Part shown: positions 10,901 through 20,674 of the stretch, piece by piece | Layout: every line of letters begins with the position of its first letter | Position numbering within the stretch: position 1 is the first letter of the stretch | Assembly (NCBI GenBank): GCA_937625935.1 | Contig: OW569348.1 | Span: 310,001 to 374,000, forward strand | From: Tetramitus jugosus | Taxonomy: Eukaryota; Protista; Heterolobosea | Direction: 5' to 3' | DNA length: 64,000 bases | Position numbers and translations under genes: made by a program | Notes under the pieces: model-generated | Told to the model about the DNA's origin: nothing | Seen by the model: the letters and a program-made list of their open reading frames with translations, nothing else | The model's database searches: none

Positions 10901-11495
10901 TGGATCCATTGTCTAAGATCCAGCGCTTCATCAGTGATTGGTCCTCCAAATAGGGAAACATGACACATGCTTGATCACCTATATCTGTCACTCTGATATC
11001 ACGGTATAAATGAAATTGATTCTTCAACGAATTCAATCCAAGCACATCTAATGAACTAATCTTTGAATCATGCTTCAAGTTCATGTCATGATTACCCAAC
11101 AGGATATGAATAGGTACATCCAACGTGCTTAATTTTTCAAAAAAGTGAATGGCTGCCGACTGAGATTGCACACTGACCGTTTCCCTGGTATTCAAAACAT
11201 CTCCCAGGCACACAATGCCTGACAATTGCGATTGATTTCGAAATTGATCATATATCCAATCACCTGTATCAATGACACGCTGCAATCCCACATCTTGAAA
11301 GTGAATATCTCCAAATATACCAATAGAATTCATAATTTGATCACCCTTGTGATCAGAAGGTGGATGCGTCAACGATCTCAATTGAAAAGATGACTTCCAC
11401 AATGCATGATGACAACGGTGGGATGACCGCATCATATGATGCTTTTGCTGCGAAGAATGACTCGATTTTCCATGCTGTATCAGTAGCTTCTTCAT
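7941..11495 (-). CDS. Fused Mre11/SbcD nuclease - Rad50/SbcC ATPase (single polypeptide, 1184 aa)
   Basis: Phosphoesterase motifs GDIH, GDVL, GNHD, GHLS and GHFH. Then Walker A GNNGSGKSS, coiled coil with CPYC zinc hook, signature SAGQ, Walker B/D-loop LMLDEVFDAID and H-loop ITHN. Confidence 0.92.
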   Translation of the reverse strand: MKKLLIQHGKSSHSSQQKHHMMRSSHRCHHALWKSSFQLRSLTHPPSDHKGDQIMNSIGIFGDIHFQDVGLQRVIDTGDWIYDQFRNQSQLSGIVCLGDVLNTRETVSVQSQSAAIHFFEKLSTLDVPIHILLGNHDMNLKHDSKISSLDVLGLNSLKNQFHLYRDIRVTDIGDQACVMFPYLEDQSLMKRWILDNGSKFDYSKMVGFGHLSLPGAIQRYQKDNHNKLFTKKYHSDDEMKGKKSLPSYLTRFKFLISGHFHHHHYLADNVLYCGSPMQHHFGDSGDSGRGICFLNKSNVNDSSIVEFVQNPTWDAFRLVRLHSEADLEPIEQYKGKFVSVIYENPDIVPDRIKDKLIKAGALQVKKHSIVVRRINQAETKSDKISQPEKINHLSFDDLIPEYLSLFDLSSNLEFKELLINKGREVMRNVATKLGSASPIGGNMFHAKLQSVTIENFLGIQGLIELNLSTMDDGVWFIEGNNGSGKSSLLEAITWCLFNRFLRTDMKASFAVNDVTKRNCRVVVKFENGYSIERFRKYSDMDTVELTNTPARKGNGIRVYKDNVYMSEYERGSLRDSQLRLEQLLGIDFNTFSKSVIVGESVFNFLSSDAKERREMIEHLLGLDQFDDFLNEVRLVRKKLQNDSIAQGYSIENLNQRLKMLRESLARTLTLEQALEQKRNAIIPSIDNCKVEIHDINHHIKQAEDQIASYQAFLSTKGMIQSRNLLIETLSVLNEKKQRMESKIQEYELMTQQYELASREIEFLEKDISESEASLIELQGYIMQEPHLYQEIRKLQEMIESHSCPYCSQSIEECTLEKLRGDLNIYQDSLHHATQQGELYEQMRIALQHKKQNLHILKQSQTKRMATTMNYSMIESDLKQIEAERNSRLEELEQISKQISESGVSQPLSTEDGYNVISRTLTNLRTQQLEKNKLFYHHRADLEHTNERLKEMSHAISTIHSQISDLEKSIENTNRSIAHVEDHVACYDFWEKAFERRTRKVDDIPISDKGSAYNSDPLPLPVMHTNKQVEKNQFITMRSFLLEQSIDDLNMILNEYTKLLGPNSMPVTFDYDFMIREDYGKRSAGQRKRNQLVIFFALFELVRQQSRFQSNFLMLDEVFDAIDKIGQHHVNEVIQMISSQHVDKVFIITHNMSRYKHTPEATGGEGCNFLIWTKMTNNGTVYEIS

Positions 11496-11597
11496 CGCTT
11501 GTTGTTGTTAACTTGTTTTTATTGGCCGAATAAAACAGGAAGAACTTGCGTTTTTTCTCCCATTGGGCGTCAACCAAAAACCTGTTGAATTTGCTTA

Positions 11598-13295
11598 TTA
11601 CTGTTGAGGAAAATCGTCCCAACCAGGAGATAGCAGATAGCAGGCCTTGCACTTCCATTTGATTGCACCGAACAAGACACCTAGCAACACCGCATAGAAT
11701 GTCATTAGCAGTAATAGAGACAACAATCGAACGCAGAGGACCACCTTGGACACAATACGTTCCACACGCATATTTGGAAGCAGTTTTCGAGGTGCAAACA
11801 CCAAACCGGCGAAGAAGCCACAGAAAACACCTCCAAAGTTTGCAAAGTTATCAATGGTTGGCAAGTAGCCCATAGCCAAAAACAAAATCACTTGTACAAG
11901 CAGAGCAAGCATCGGTTTCCAGGGTCTCTTTCGACTCACGAACCAATTGAGAGCATACTCAGCAATCAGAGCACTAAGGATTCCAATGAGACAAGACGTT
12001 GCACCAACACTGATCGACTCGGACAGAAAAACAGAACTCATCAAATTTCCTCCAATACCTGACAACACATAGACACAGAAGATTCGGACCCAACCCCAGT
12101 TTCTCTCTGTTCGAAGCACCAGAGACAGCTGCCAAAGCAATGTAAACAGCAAATGTACAATACCCGTGTGGAAAACAAAGGAAGATATCAGTCTGTACAC
12201 TTCCTTGTTGTTCTTCATGCGCGCTGCATTCTTGCCACCCAGGTCATACACATCTTGAACCGGTGGTCCTATCATTGGATTCTGCATAATAGGTGCCACC
12301 TTGAACTTGATCATACAAGCCAACAGAATACCAATCTGAACACATGTCAGCGCGAGGACAGTCAATGGAAATCTGGCACCTGGTTCCCTACCAAAATTCA
12401 GAATATTGTCAATGTCGTATCGATTTATCTTGCTCTTTCGTCTCTTCTCCTTGGGAATCAAGTGCAATTTGGCCGGATTCACTCCTGTTCCCAAATCTCT
12501 AAAATCACCAGCCTCTTCGTCCACCATACTCGTACTATATGGAGCTATCACTTCAATATATTGTTGATCATCAATGTCCTCAATCATTGCATTGCCAGTG
12601 CGAACTAAATCATCATAGAATACTCGTTTTTGTAACTTGTTCGAAGGCTTATAGGGATCCCTCGTATCGACCTTTGCAGAGCTTTCTTCTTGTTGTAGTT
12701 GTTGCTCTTGTAGTTGACTGAATATCGATGGCCACATCATCACACTATTATGCTTACTCTTATGATTGTTATTGTTATTGATGTAGAGTTGATCTTCGGG
12801 AACACCCAATGGTGAATCTTCGCCATCGTCATTGTCAATCTTCTTTTGTTCATACACTCTTGCAAAGTTCAATGGAGGTATGCAGCTAGGTGACGACGGT
12901 GAGGACATGCGAGCCATCATATTATGTTTTTCACTCGGTAAAATGAACACCAAATCTTCGAGTTCATACGGTGGAGGTGACTCTTGTGGCATGAGTTCAC
13001 CACCTCCATCATTACTACTACTACTACTGTCTTCGTCCTTTGATGTCGTTACATCATCATCCGTGTCTGTTCGTTCTCCCATCGTAGGAGGAGCTCCAAT
13101 TGAAACAATTCTTGGCAGCGGACAATCACTGATTTTGCGATAGCCATAGGGACCTGCTGTGGCAGTCTCACCAGAGTGGTTATTGGGTTGAGAGACAGAT
13201 GGTGGTCGCGAGTTATTATTATTGTGGTCATTGTTGTCTGCACGGACAAAAAACCGAACATCACTACCGCTACTGTCGTCACTGGGTGAACTCAT
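11598..13295 (-). CDS. Rhomboid-family membrane protein with long N-terminal extension, probably catalytically inactive
   Basis: NPMIGP, EVYRLISSFVFHTGIVH and SGIGGNL are present. The GxSG motif reads GATS and the AHxGG motif reads ANFGG. Confidence 0.85.
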   Translation of the reverse strand: MSSPSDDSSGSDVRFFVRADNNDHNNNNSRPPSVSQPNNHSGETATAGPYGYRKISDCPLPRIVSIGAPPTMGERTDTDDDVTTSKDEDSSSSSNDGGGELMPQESPPPYELEDLVFILPSEKHNMMARMSSPSSPSCIPPLNFARVYEQKKIDNDDGEDSPLGVPEDQLYINNNNNHKSKHNSVMMWPSIFSQLQEQQLQQEESSAKVDTRDPYKPSNKLQKRVFYDDLVRTGNAMIEDIDDQQYIEVIAPYSTSMVDEEAGDFRDLGTGVNPAKLHLIPKEKRRKSKINRYDIDNILNFGREPGARFPLTVLALTCVQIGILLACMIKFKVAPIMQNPMIGPPVQDVYDLGGKNAARMKNNKEVYRLISSFVFHTGIVHLLFTLLWQLSLVLRTERNWGWVRIFCVYVLSGIGGNLMSSVFLSESISVGATSCLIGILSALIAEYALNWFVSRKRPWKPMLALLVQVILFLAMGYLPTIDNFANFGGVFCGFFAGLVFAPRKLLPNMRVERIVSKVVLCVRLLSLLLLMTFYAVLLGVLFGAIKWKCKACYLLSPGWDDFPQQ

Positions 13296-13520
13296 GTTGT
13301 TATATTATTGTACAATGTTGTTTTGTGAAATGTATTGTGATGTTGTTGTGGAGGTTTCTGAAAGGGAGCGAATGTGTTGTTGATGGTTCTTTCTTACTGT
13401 TTCTCTCTTTTTGCCTGTTGGCTGTTGTCATCCGTCATCTATCCTCAAGCGGAAGTGGCAATTTCGGAGCGGAATAACACTGAACGAAACAAAAAATCAA
13501 ATTCAGAAAACCAAACCATA

Positions 13521-14141
13521 ATGAGCGCTGAAACATCCACAACAACATCTTTGACCTCTGTTTGCATTTACTGTGCCAGCTCCAACAAGATTGACCAAAA
13601 ATTCTTTGATGCTGCCATCGAGCTTGGCCGATCACTCGCAAAGAACAACATTTCCATTCGCTACGGCGGAGGAAATACCGGATTGATGGGCACTGTTGCA
13701 AAGTCTGTGTTGGACAATGGAGGCAAAGTGATTGGTGTGATCCCAAGATTCATGTGGGACAACAAGTGGGGTCATGAGCACTTGACCGAAATGATCATCA
13801 CAGAGACAATGCACGAGAGAAAGGTGGCCATGCTAAAGGACGTGGATGCTGTGATTGCATTGCCTGGTGGCGTAGGAACATTGGAAGAACTTTTGGAGAT
13901 TATATGCTGGAAAAAGTTGGGATTGTTTTTGAAGCCAATTATCATTGTGAACACTGATGGTTATTATCAATCATTGGTCGACATGTTGCAGAAGGCTGTG
14001 GATGAGAATTTTATGAACGGTGCACATTTGGAGATGTGGACCGTGGTGGATGATGTGAATGATGATCGTGTTGTTCAAGCCATTCATGACGCACCACAAT
14101 GGTTGGCCAGTAATGTCGGTAGAGTCAGTGAATTGATGTAA
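13521..14141 (+). CDS. LOG: LOG (lonely guy) family nucleotide phosphoribohydrolase
   Basis: VCIYCASS, YGGGNTGLMG, MHERK and LPGGVGTLEE motifs; ATG at 13521. Confidence 0.92.
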   Translation: MSAETSTTTSLTSVCIYCASSNKIDQKFFDAAIELGRSLAKNNISIRYGGGNTGLMGTVAKSVLDNGGKVIGVIPRFMWDNKWGHEHLTEMIITETMHERKVAMLKDVDAVIALPGGVGTLEELLEIICWKKLGLFLKPIIIVNTDGYYQSLVDMLQKAVDENFMNGAHLEMWTVVDDVNDDRVVQAIHDAPQWLASNVGRVSELM

Positions 14142-14210
14142 ATCGATATCACAAATAAACAAACATCGGCTTCATTTTCTCTCTTGTAATTACATTTAAT
14201 TGGTTGTTGC

Positions 14211-15590
14211 TTACGAAGCAGAGACAGCGGAAGTCAACTCGATCAATGGATAAATACCGAGCAATGCAATGACGAGAACGAGGCCACCAATCAATACAAT
14301 TGTCAATGGGTTCAAAACATTCAACAAAGTCTGCAATTGTTGCATGTACTCCTTGAGAACCATTTGAGACACATAACGAAGACCATCCTGAACAATTGAG
14401 TGCTTACCGCTCATGAAGCAAGCCTGTAGATATGCCACCTCGTACGGTGAAAATACATGCTTCTGCTTCAATAGATAACTGAGAACTTCATCTGCAGTTG
14501 CACCATACTTGGCCAAAGCAGCCATAGACTCAATCATATGCTGGAAAATGACATTACCGCTCAAATTTGTACACACAAGCAGTAACTTTGAGGTAATCTG
14601 CTCCTTGTCCAACAGAGACAATGTATAGAGAAGAGTTGCCTTGTCTTGCAAGAATTTCAAATGTCCAAGTGGCGTATGTAACTTCATATACTCGAGCTTT
14701 AAAAACGTTCTGAAAGGCAAGTATTGCTTGCTACTCGATATGACACTCGGTATCAAATATATCAAAGCCAACCAGTGGTACTGAACATTCTGAACCATGT
14801 AGTTTGCAACTTGCAAGAATTTAGGTACAGTGAGACCCATACTCTCAAAAATAGAGATGTTCTGTGGCAGAATCTTAATCAATAGCAGTGTGATACCTAG
14901 AATACCTAACACACCCATAATTGTGGGATAAATCAGTGCACCTGACACTGCCTTTTGAATTTTGATCTCTCGAGCAAACCTCTGTGCACAATACAGCAGA
15001 ATAGTATCGAAATTGTTCAACGATTTACCGAGAACAAGCGAACTGTAGTACCAAGCCGGTAGATATTGCTGCACACGAGACAATGTCGTAATAAATGTCT
15101 TGTAATCTGTGCCTCCGAGAGCACTCTTTGGAATTTTGACTTGAGCCAAAAAGGGCAATAGATCAGAATCCTTGGGTGCACTTCTCAACATGATACTAAA
15201 GATACTCAAACTGTTTAGAGACGGTGGAATAGAGTTGACCAGAAACAGAATGTTGTTGAAGGCTTGAAGAGAAGCTGTTGTGAGAGGACCACTCCCTTGA
15301 AAGCTCCGTATCACCTTGTTCAACAGACTCGGATGAGATGTTGGATCAATCTTTCGAGTGCTCCTTGATGTGCCCCCCTTCTTGAGATTCTTATTCTTTG
15401 ATTGTATTGATGTGGATTTCGCGCCACTAGCCGAAGCCGTAAATGATGTGTGAATTTGTCCGACTTTATCAAAACACCGATCCAAATCGTTTTGACCGGA
15501 CTGATCAGGCTGGATGTGCCGCATCAGATTCTCCAGTCTCCACCGCACTCGTTGTGCTCCCAAACTCTCATCAACAGTCTCCTCGCTCAT
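14211..15590 (-). CDS. gspF: Type II secretion system protein F (GspF/PilC) homologue, eukaryotic T2SS-derived system
   Basis: Two T2SSF-like halves and three TM segments: IQKAVSGALIYPTIMGVLGILGITLLLIKILPQNISIFESMGLTVP; KLHTPLG...LYTLSLL; SGNVIF...KYG; VFSPY...MSG; LLNVLNPLTIVLIGGLVLVIALLGIYPLIEL. First ATG at 15590. Confidence 0.85.
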   Translation of the reverse strand: MSEETVDESLGAQRVRWRLENLMRHIQPDQSGQNDLDRCFDKVGQIHTSFTASASGAKSTSIQSKNKNLKKGGTSRSTRKIDPTSHPSLLNKVIRSFQGSGPLTTASLQAFNNILFLVNSIPPSLNSLSIFSIMLRSAPKDSDLLPFLAQVKIPKSALGGTDYKTFITTLSRVQQYLPAWYYSSLVLGKSLNNFDTILLYCAQRFAREIKIQKAVSGALIYPTIMGVLGILGITLLLIKILPQNISIFESMGLTVPKFLQVANYMVQNVQYHWLALIYLIPSVISSSKQYLPFRTFLKLEYMKLHTPLGHLKFLQDKATLLYTLSLLDKEQITSKLLLVCTNLSGNVIFQHMIESMAALAKYGATADEVLSYLLKQKHVFSPYEVAYLQACFMSGKHSIVQDGLRYVSQMVLKEYMQQLQTLLNVLNPLTIVLIGGLVLVIALLGIYPLIELTSAVSAS

Positions 15591-15794
15591 CGGTAGTGGT
15601 TCTCGTAAAGTGACCGCCAAAATTTTGTTTGCTTCTTCACTTTTTTCCGTGTTTCTTCCCGATTTCTCCTCTCAATCTGCTCCAAAAATAAACGAAACAC
15701 CTGTTCAAACAAGAAAATCAAAGTCAATCGTGAAACAAACACCAACCAAGCAAAAAGCAAGTGCGCAATCATCAATCGACATTGACAAATCATT

Positions 15795-16662
15795 ATGGCT
15801 CAAACTGCTCAACAATTTTGGGATGATCTCCCTCAGATCACAAAATACCTCTGTGTTTTCATACTTGGTCTCACAATGATTGCACAATTTGGTCTCGTCA
15901 GTGGATACTCGCTGATATTGGACTTTGATTTAATCTTCAACTTGAAACAGTTGCAATTGTGGAGATTGATCACTGGTGTTTTCTTCTATGGAGGATTCAG
16001 TTTTTCATTTTTGATGAACTTTTTGGTGTTGTACGTGTGTTGTGTTGCTTATTACGGTTTATTGGATGATTTACGATCGATGGAGAAACTCATTTTTTAC
16101 TAACTATACATTTGTCACATGTGTGTGTGTTTTTTTGATTGATAGCTTACAATATAGCTCAAAGCTCGAAAAGGATACGTTTGGTGGCAGAAGTGCCGAC
16201 TATGTGTTTATGCTCTTGTTTGGATCATTTTTCATGCTGATTGCCGCCTATTTCCTCTCCATGCCTATTGTGAGTTACACCTTGTTAATGTACATTATCT
16301 ATGTGTGGTGTAATTTGAACACGAATGCTCATTTGAGCTTGTTCATGATACCGTTCCAGATTCCAGCTCGATACTTCCCATGGGCATTCATGATGTTTCA
16401 TGTTTTGCTCGGTGGTAGCATCGTGAGTGATTTGATTGGTATTGTGATTGGTCATGCATACTACTTTGTCATGTTTTACTATCCAAGAGAGTATCACAAG
16501 ACATTGATCAGCACTCCTGGCTTCTTATTGAACTGGTTCCCACCACAGAGAATGTCTGTTCATGGATTGAATCAATCGAGCTCACAACCTGCACCTCAGA
16601 GAGCACAACAAACCATGGGACCTCATCGATGGGGTGATGGAAGAAGACTGGGAGCAGAGTAG
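15795..16662 (+). CDS. DERL: Derlin (Der1 family ERAD protein), 2 exons: 15795-16030, 16146-16662
   Basis: LPQITK, QLWRLIT, YSSKLE, ADYVFML, YVW, YFPW and GHAYYF motifs. Intron GTACGT...TACTAAC...GATAG restores the frame. Confidence 0.93.
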
Positions 16663-16760
16663 AGTCCATTGTAATCTCATTTTTGGAACAACAACAATAT
16701 TTGTAAAGAAAGATAAAGAAAGATTGTAAACACTTTTGCACTTTACTTTTCTGTATTTGA

Positions 16761-19700
16761 TCAAAATAGCAAACGACACACTCGCTCTACCAACACAACA
16801 CCGACAATATCAGCAATCACCAACAGTGACACGAGGTGTTGAACACCGTATTGTGACAGATTCACTAAGCCCATGTAATTCTGCAACTCCATTGTTGCTT
16901 CCCATCCAAACAAGCATCCTCCAAGTGCGACCGCACAGCCACAGAAGCTGAACAAAAGAGGTTTGTTCACCCAAAAGTTCTCCATGAATGGTTCACCTCG
17001 ATAATTGTTGGCAAATGTAATAATGGTCTGGAAGGAACTCACAAGAAATACGATCGTGTTCATGAGACTGCCCTTCACATGTTCGTCACTTTCTTCCTCA
17101 ATATGGAATCTCGATTGAAGCTTGAGTGCATCGAGTGGAGCAACACTTCTTGAAATACAGACGCAGCAAATGAGAACTGCTAAATGAACCATAAACTGAG
17201 CCATCACAGAACCCAAGACTCTACCATTCCAGACACTCCTCTCAGGTCTTTGTGGTGACAACTTGGCGCTCGGCTTGGATCGAGAAATAAACAAGAAGAA
17301 CATGGCAACACAGATACCAGTACTCATCATTTGAGCATCAGTGTACTTGACACCCATCAGATACAGCACTGATAGAGAGTAGGCTGTCAAGAGACAGTTG
17401 ATAGCCAGAATCTTGTACATCTGATAGGTTGTGACCAGTGTGCATCGACCCTGTCTCAAAATTTCTCTCGTTGAACTAATGTTGCCCAGTCTTGATGTGA
17501 ATGGAGCAGCAATGGAGGCATCACCCAATCGAACAGTTCTCACATTGGACTCATCAACCTCATTGTTTGCTTGCTGCATTTGCTTTCTGGAATGCTCAAG
17601 CATCTCTTTAAATGTCTTTGGTTGCGTTTGTGGTGCAGCAGGCGCGACTGGTTGAGCTGGTTGTTCTCCAGTCTTGGCTGCATCGGATGGATCAGAGGAA
17701 ATGAGAGCAACACCAATATGACTCATCTTTAGAGCACCCACATCGTTAGTACCATCGCCACACATCAATGTAATATCTCCAGACTCCTTCATAGCTCTCA
17801 AAATGCTCTCTTTCTGATTTGGAGCCACTCGAGCATAGATGACAATCTTTTGACACAATTGACTCAGTGCTACTTTGAAATCGAGTTCGACAACAGGCAG
17901 CAAATCACCAGAGATACACAAGTCACCTTCAGGATAGAGTACATCTCCATTCTGAATAAATGGTTGAGTTTTGTGAGTAATGTGGTTGTGCCACTGCAAT
18001 TCACCAATCTCATTTTCAACTCGCTGCAACACCCATTGAACTGCGCTCATATCAGATATGCCACATTGCTTGGCTACATGGCAAGCAGTCAAAACGTTAT
18101 CACCCGTAATCATGACACATCTCATGGCAGCTCCGCGCAGTTCCAGAATAGTTTCCTTGGTAAGCTTCTTGAGCTCGCTTCCAAAGAGAGCAAAACCAAC
18201 AAAGTGCAAATCTGCTTCTACTTGATCTCTGTCCCACCCTTCAGCATCAGCAGTAGTTTTCTTGTACCCAAGCGCTAGAACTCTTAGACCAGAATTTGCA
18301 AGATCAAATACCATTTGGTCATACTTCTCAATGCTAGATAGGTTTGTAAATCGAGCCTTCAAGGTTTCTGGTGCACCCTTACATAAAATAAATGCCTCAT
18401 TGCCCTTGGTGACCAAAACTGACATTCTTCTCAGAGCAGACTCAAAGTCCCATCTCTTGACAAGCTTTAACTTGCTACCGAGCAAATTTTTAGAGTCTAA
18501 CCAGGATCTTGCTGCCCGTTCCATACCATCACCTACCCATTCTCCACCAACTTCGACCAATGTATTACAGTGCTCTAATACTTCATGTGCATGCTTGAAC
18601 TCTTTGGTATCCTCGTCTAGATGCTTCAATCCAGTCATCTTCATGTCAGAGTCTGTTAATGTTCCAGTCTTATCAAAACAGCATGTGTGAACATGACCTG
18701 CGACAGCTATAAGAGTTGGTTCAGTACAGAAGATGTGCTTCTGATGGAGAGCAACTAGCGAGCTGTTGATCGCAAGGGAGAGTTCCATAGGTAACTCAGG
18801 AGGAACAACAGACGTGATAATCATGATACAGTTCAAGACTACCTTGTAATTTGAAACGATTCCAGAATCCCACAGATGATAGAACACATAACTGGATGCA
18901 AGAAGAGCAAACTGAACCAAGAACAGAATAAAACCGTATGACTGCCAGTCGGTATGCGATGAAGTGGACGACTCCAAAATAGTTCGTACAAGCTTGCCCT
19001 GACTCGTTCCAAATCCAATTCTAATAACTTTGGCAATAGCTCCAGAAGCAGCAGGCTTACCGCTCTTCGTTACAGCAGATCTCGATTGCAAAACTTTTGT
19101 ACCGGATGAGATAATGTGTGTTTTGAGATCCTTCTCCGGTACATTAGCCTTCTTATCATACTTGGAATAGAATGAACTCTTCAACAATGGAGTACTCTCT
19201 CCTGTCAACAAGCTCTCATTCACAACGACTTCACCTGAAACGAGCACCATGTCGGCTGGCACCAATCCCTCTCCAATAATCACAACTTCTCCAGGTAGAA
19301 TATCGGAACGTGGAATCTTCTTGTTTCGATCCACACTGAAAATATGCTTCTCGTCCTCGGAGAGCGATGTCTCAGGGTTAGCCATCTGTCTAATCATTCT
19401 CAAATTCCTCAATCGAGACATTGTCAACGTCACTTCAAACGTAAAGAGAAGGAACAGTGTCATCAGAGAATACATGAAATAGTCGTCCATGGACCACAAC
19501 AGAACACATAATACTTGGAAAATGAAAAACGGAGCCAATGCTTGCTGAATAAATAAGTCCTTGAATGCTGGCACAGGAATCACATATTCATTTCTACCGT
19601 ACACTCTTCTCAGATCACTCACTTCCTTGTCTGTCATCCCCGTCTCCAAAAAGTATTTACCATTTGGTGTGGCGGATGGTGACTGATAGGGAAATTTGAT

Positions 19701-20242
19701 CTTTTCGACCTTATTTGTCGCATACTCAATCACATATTTCCTTTGCCTGAAATGGAATGATCCATAATTGTGACTCGCTGATTTCACAACAGGTTCCAAG
19801 AACAATTGTTGGGTAGAGTACTTGTTGGAATGTGCACTCACATGAGTCGCTTCCTTGATGTCACATTTTTGATAGTGCAAAAAAATGGTCATTTTCAAGC
19901 TCCAATAACCACTATGATTGTTCACAACAAAAAATGTGTGTCAATAATAATATTATTCATAGTTTGATGATCAAATAAAATGAGTGGAGCAAAGCAAGAG
20001 ATTGCAACACAATAAACATACCTGAGAAACAGAATCAGCTGACACAGTAAACTCAACACGAAACCAACAACATAAAAAACAGTTTCCTCCTGCGTGGAAA
20101 CAATTTGATGAACAAGATGATTGAATCCGAGTGGCAAAAGAACATGGAGGAAAATGAATGGGTATATGACTGGTTTGAAAAGAAAAGGTCGCTTCTTGAG
20201 TGGTGTAATCACCACGGAAGAGTTGACCGATTGTAGCTGCAT
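16761..20242 (-). CDS. SPF1: P5A-type ATPase (Spf1/ATP13A1), 2 exons; intron 19912-20021
   Basis: LTGES, PPELPMEL (P5A signature), DKTGTLT, KGAPE, TGDN and GDGTND. Splicing yields FLSGYWSL. Confidence 0.93.
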
Positions 20243-20674
20243 GTTGTTTGATGTTTGTTTCGTCGTGACGGAAAAAAAAATGATTATGTGATAATTATCC
20301 GGTGTGAGAAAAATGGGCTTTGTGTTTTTGATCCGATATATTTGGAGTATGGTTCAGTCGATTGAGGAGTGAAACGAACCTGGTACTATTGCAGGGACAA
20401 AATCATTTCGCTTCTTGATCATGTTTGGTTATGTATGTGAAGTTTCGTTTGGTGGTGTGGATCCTGATGATCTGTTGTAAATTTGTTGTAAAGCTTCAAG
20501 TCACGTCAATCACGACTCCTATTTCGCCTACGATAATCATCGTCAACATTTGACGCCTCACCCACAAACACAAAAAAAACCACAAAAAAACTCTTTGTCC
20601 TCTGGAGAATCAAAAAATTTTTTGTTTGATTAGTCATCAACAGCCACACACACAAAAAACCAAACAACAACAAC

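Noticed and set aside
14211-15590. gspF as bacterial contamination or part of a T2SS operon
   Set aside because: No neighbouring gsp/pil genes; it has a eukaryote-style N-terminal extension and is contiguous with intron-containing genes of similar composition.
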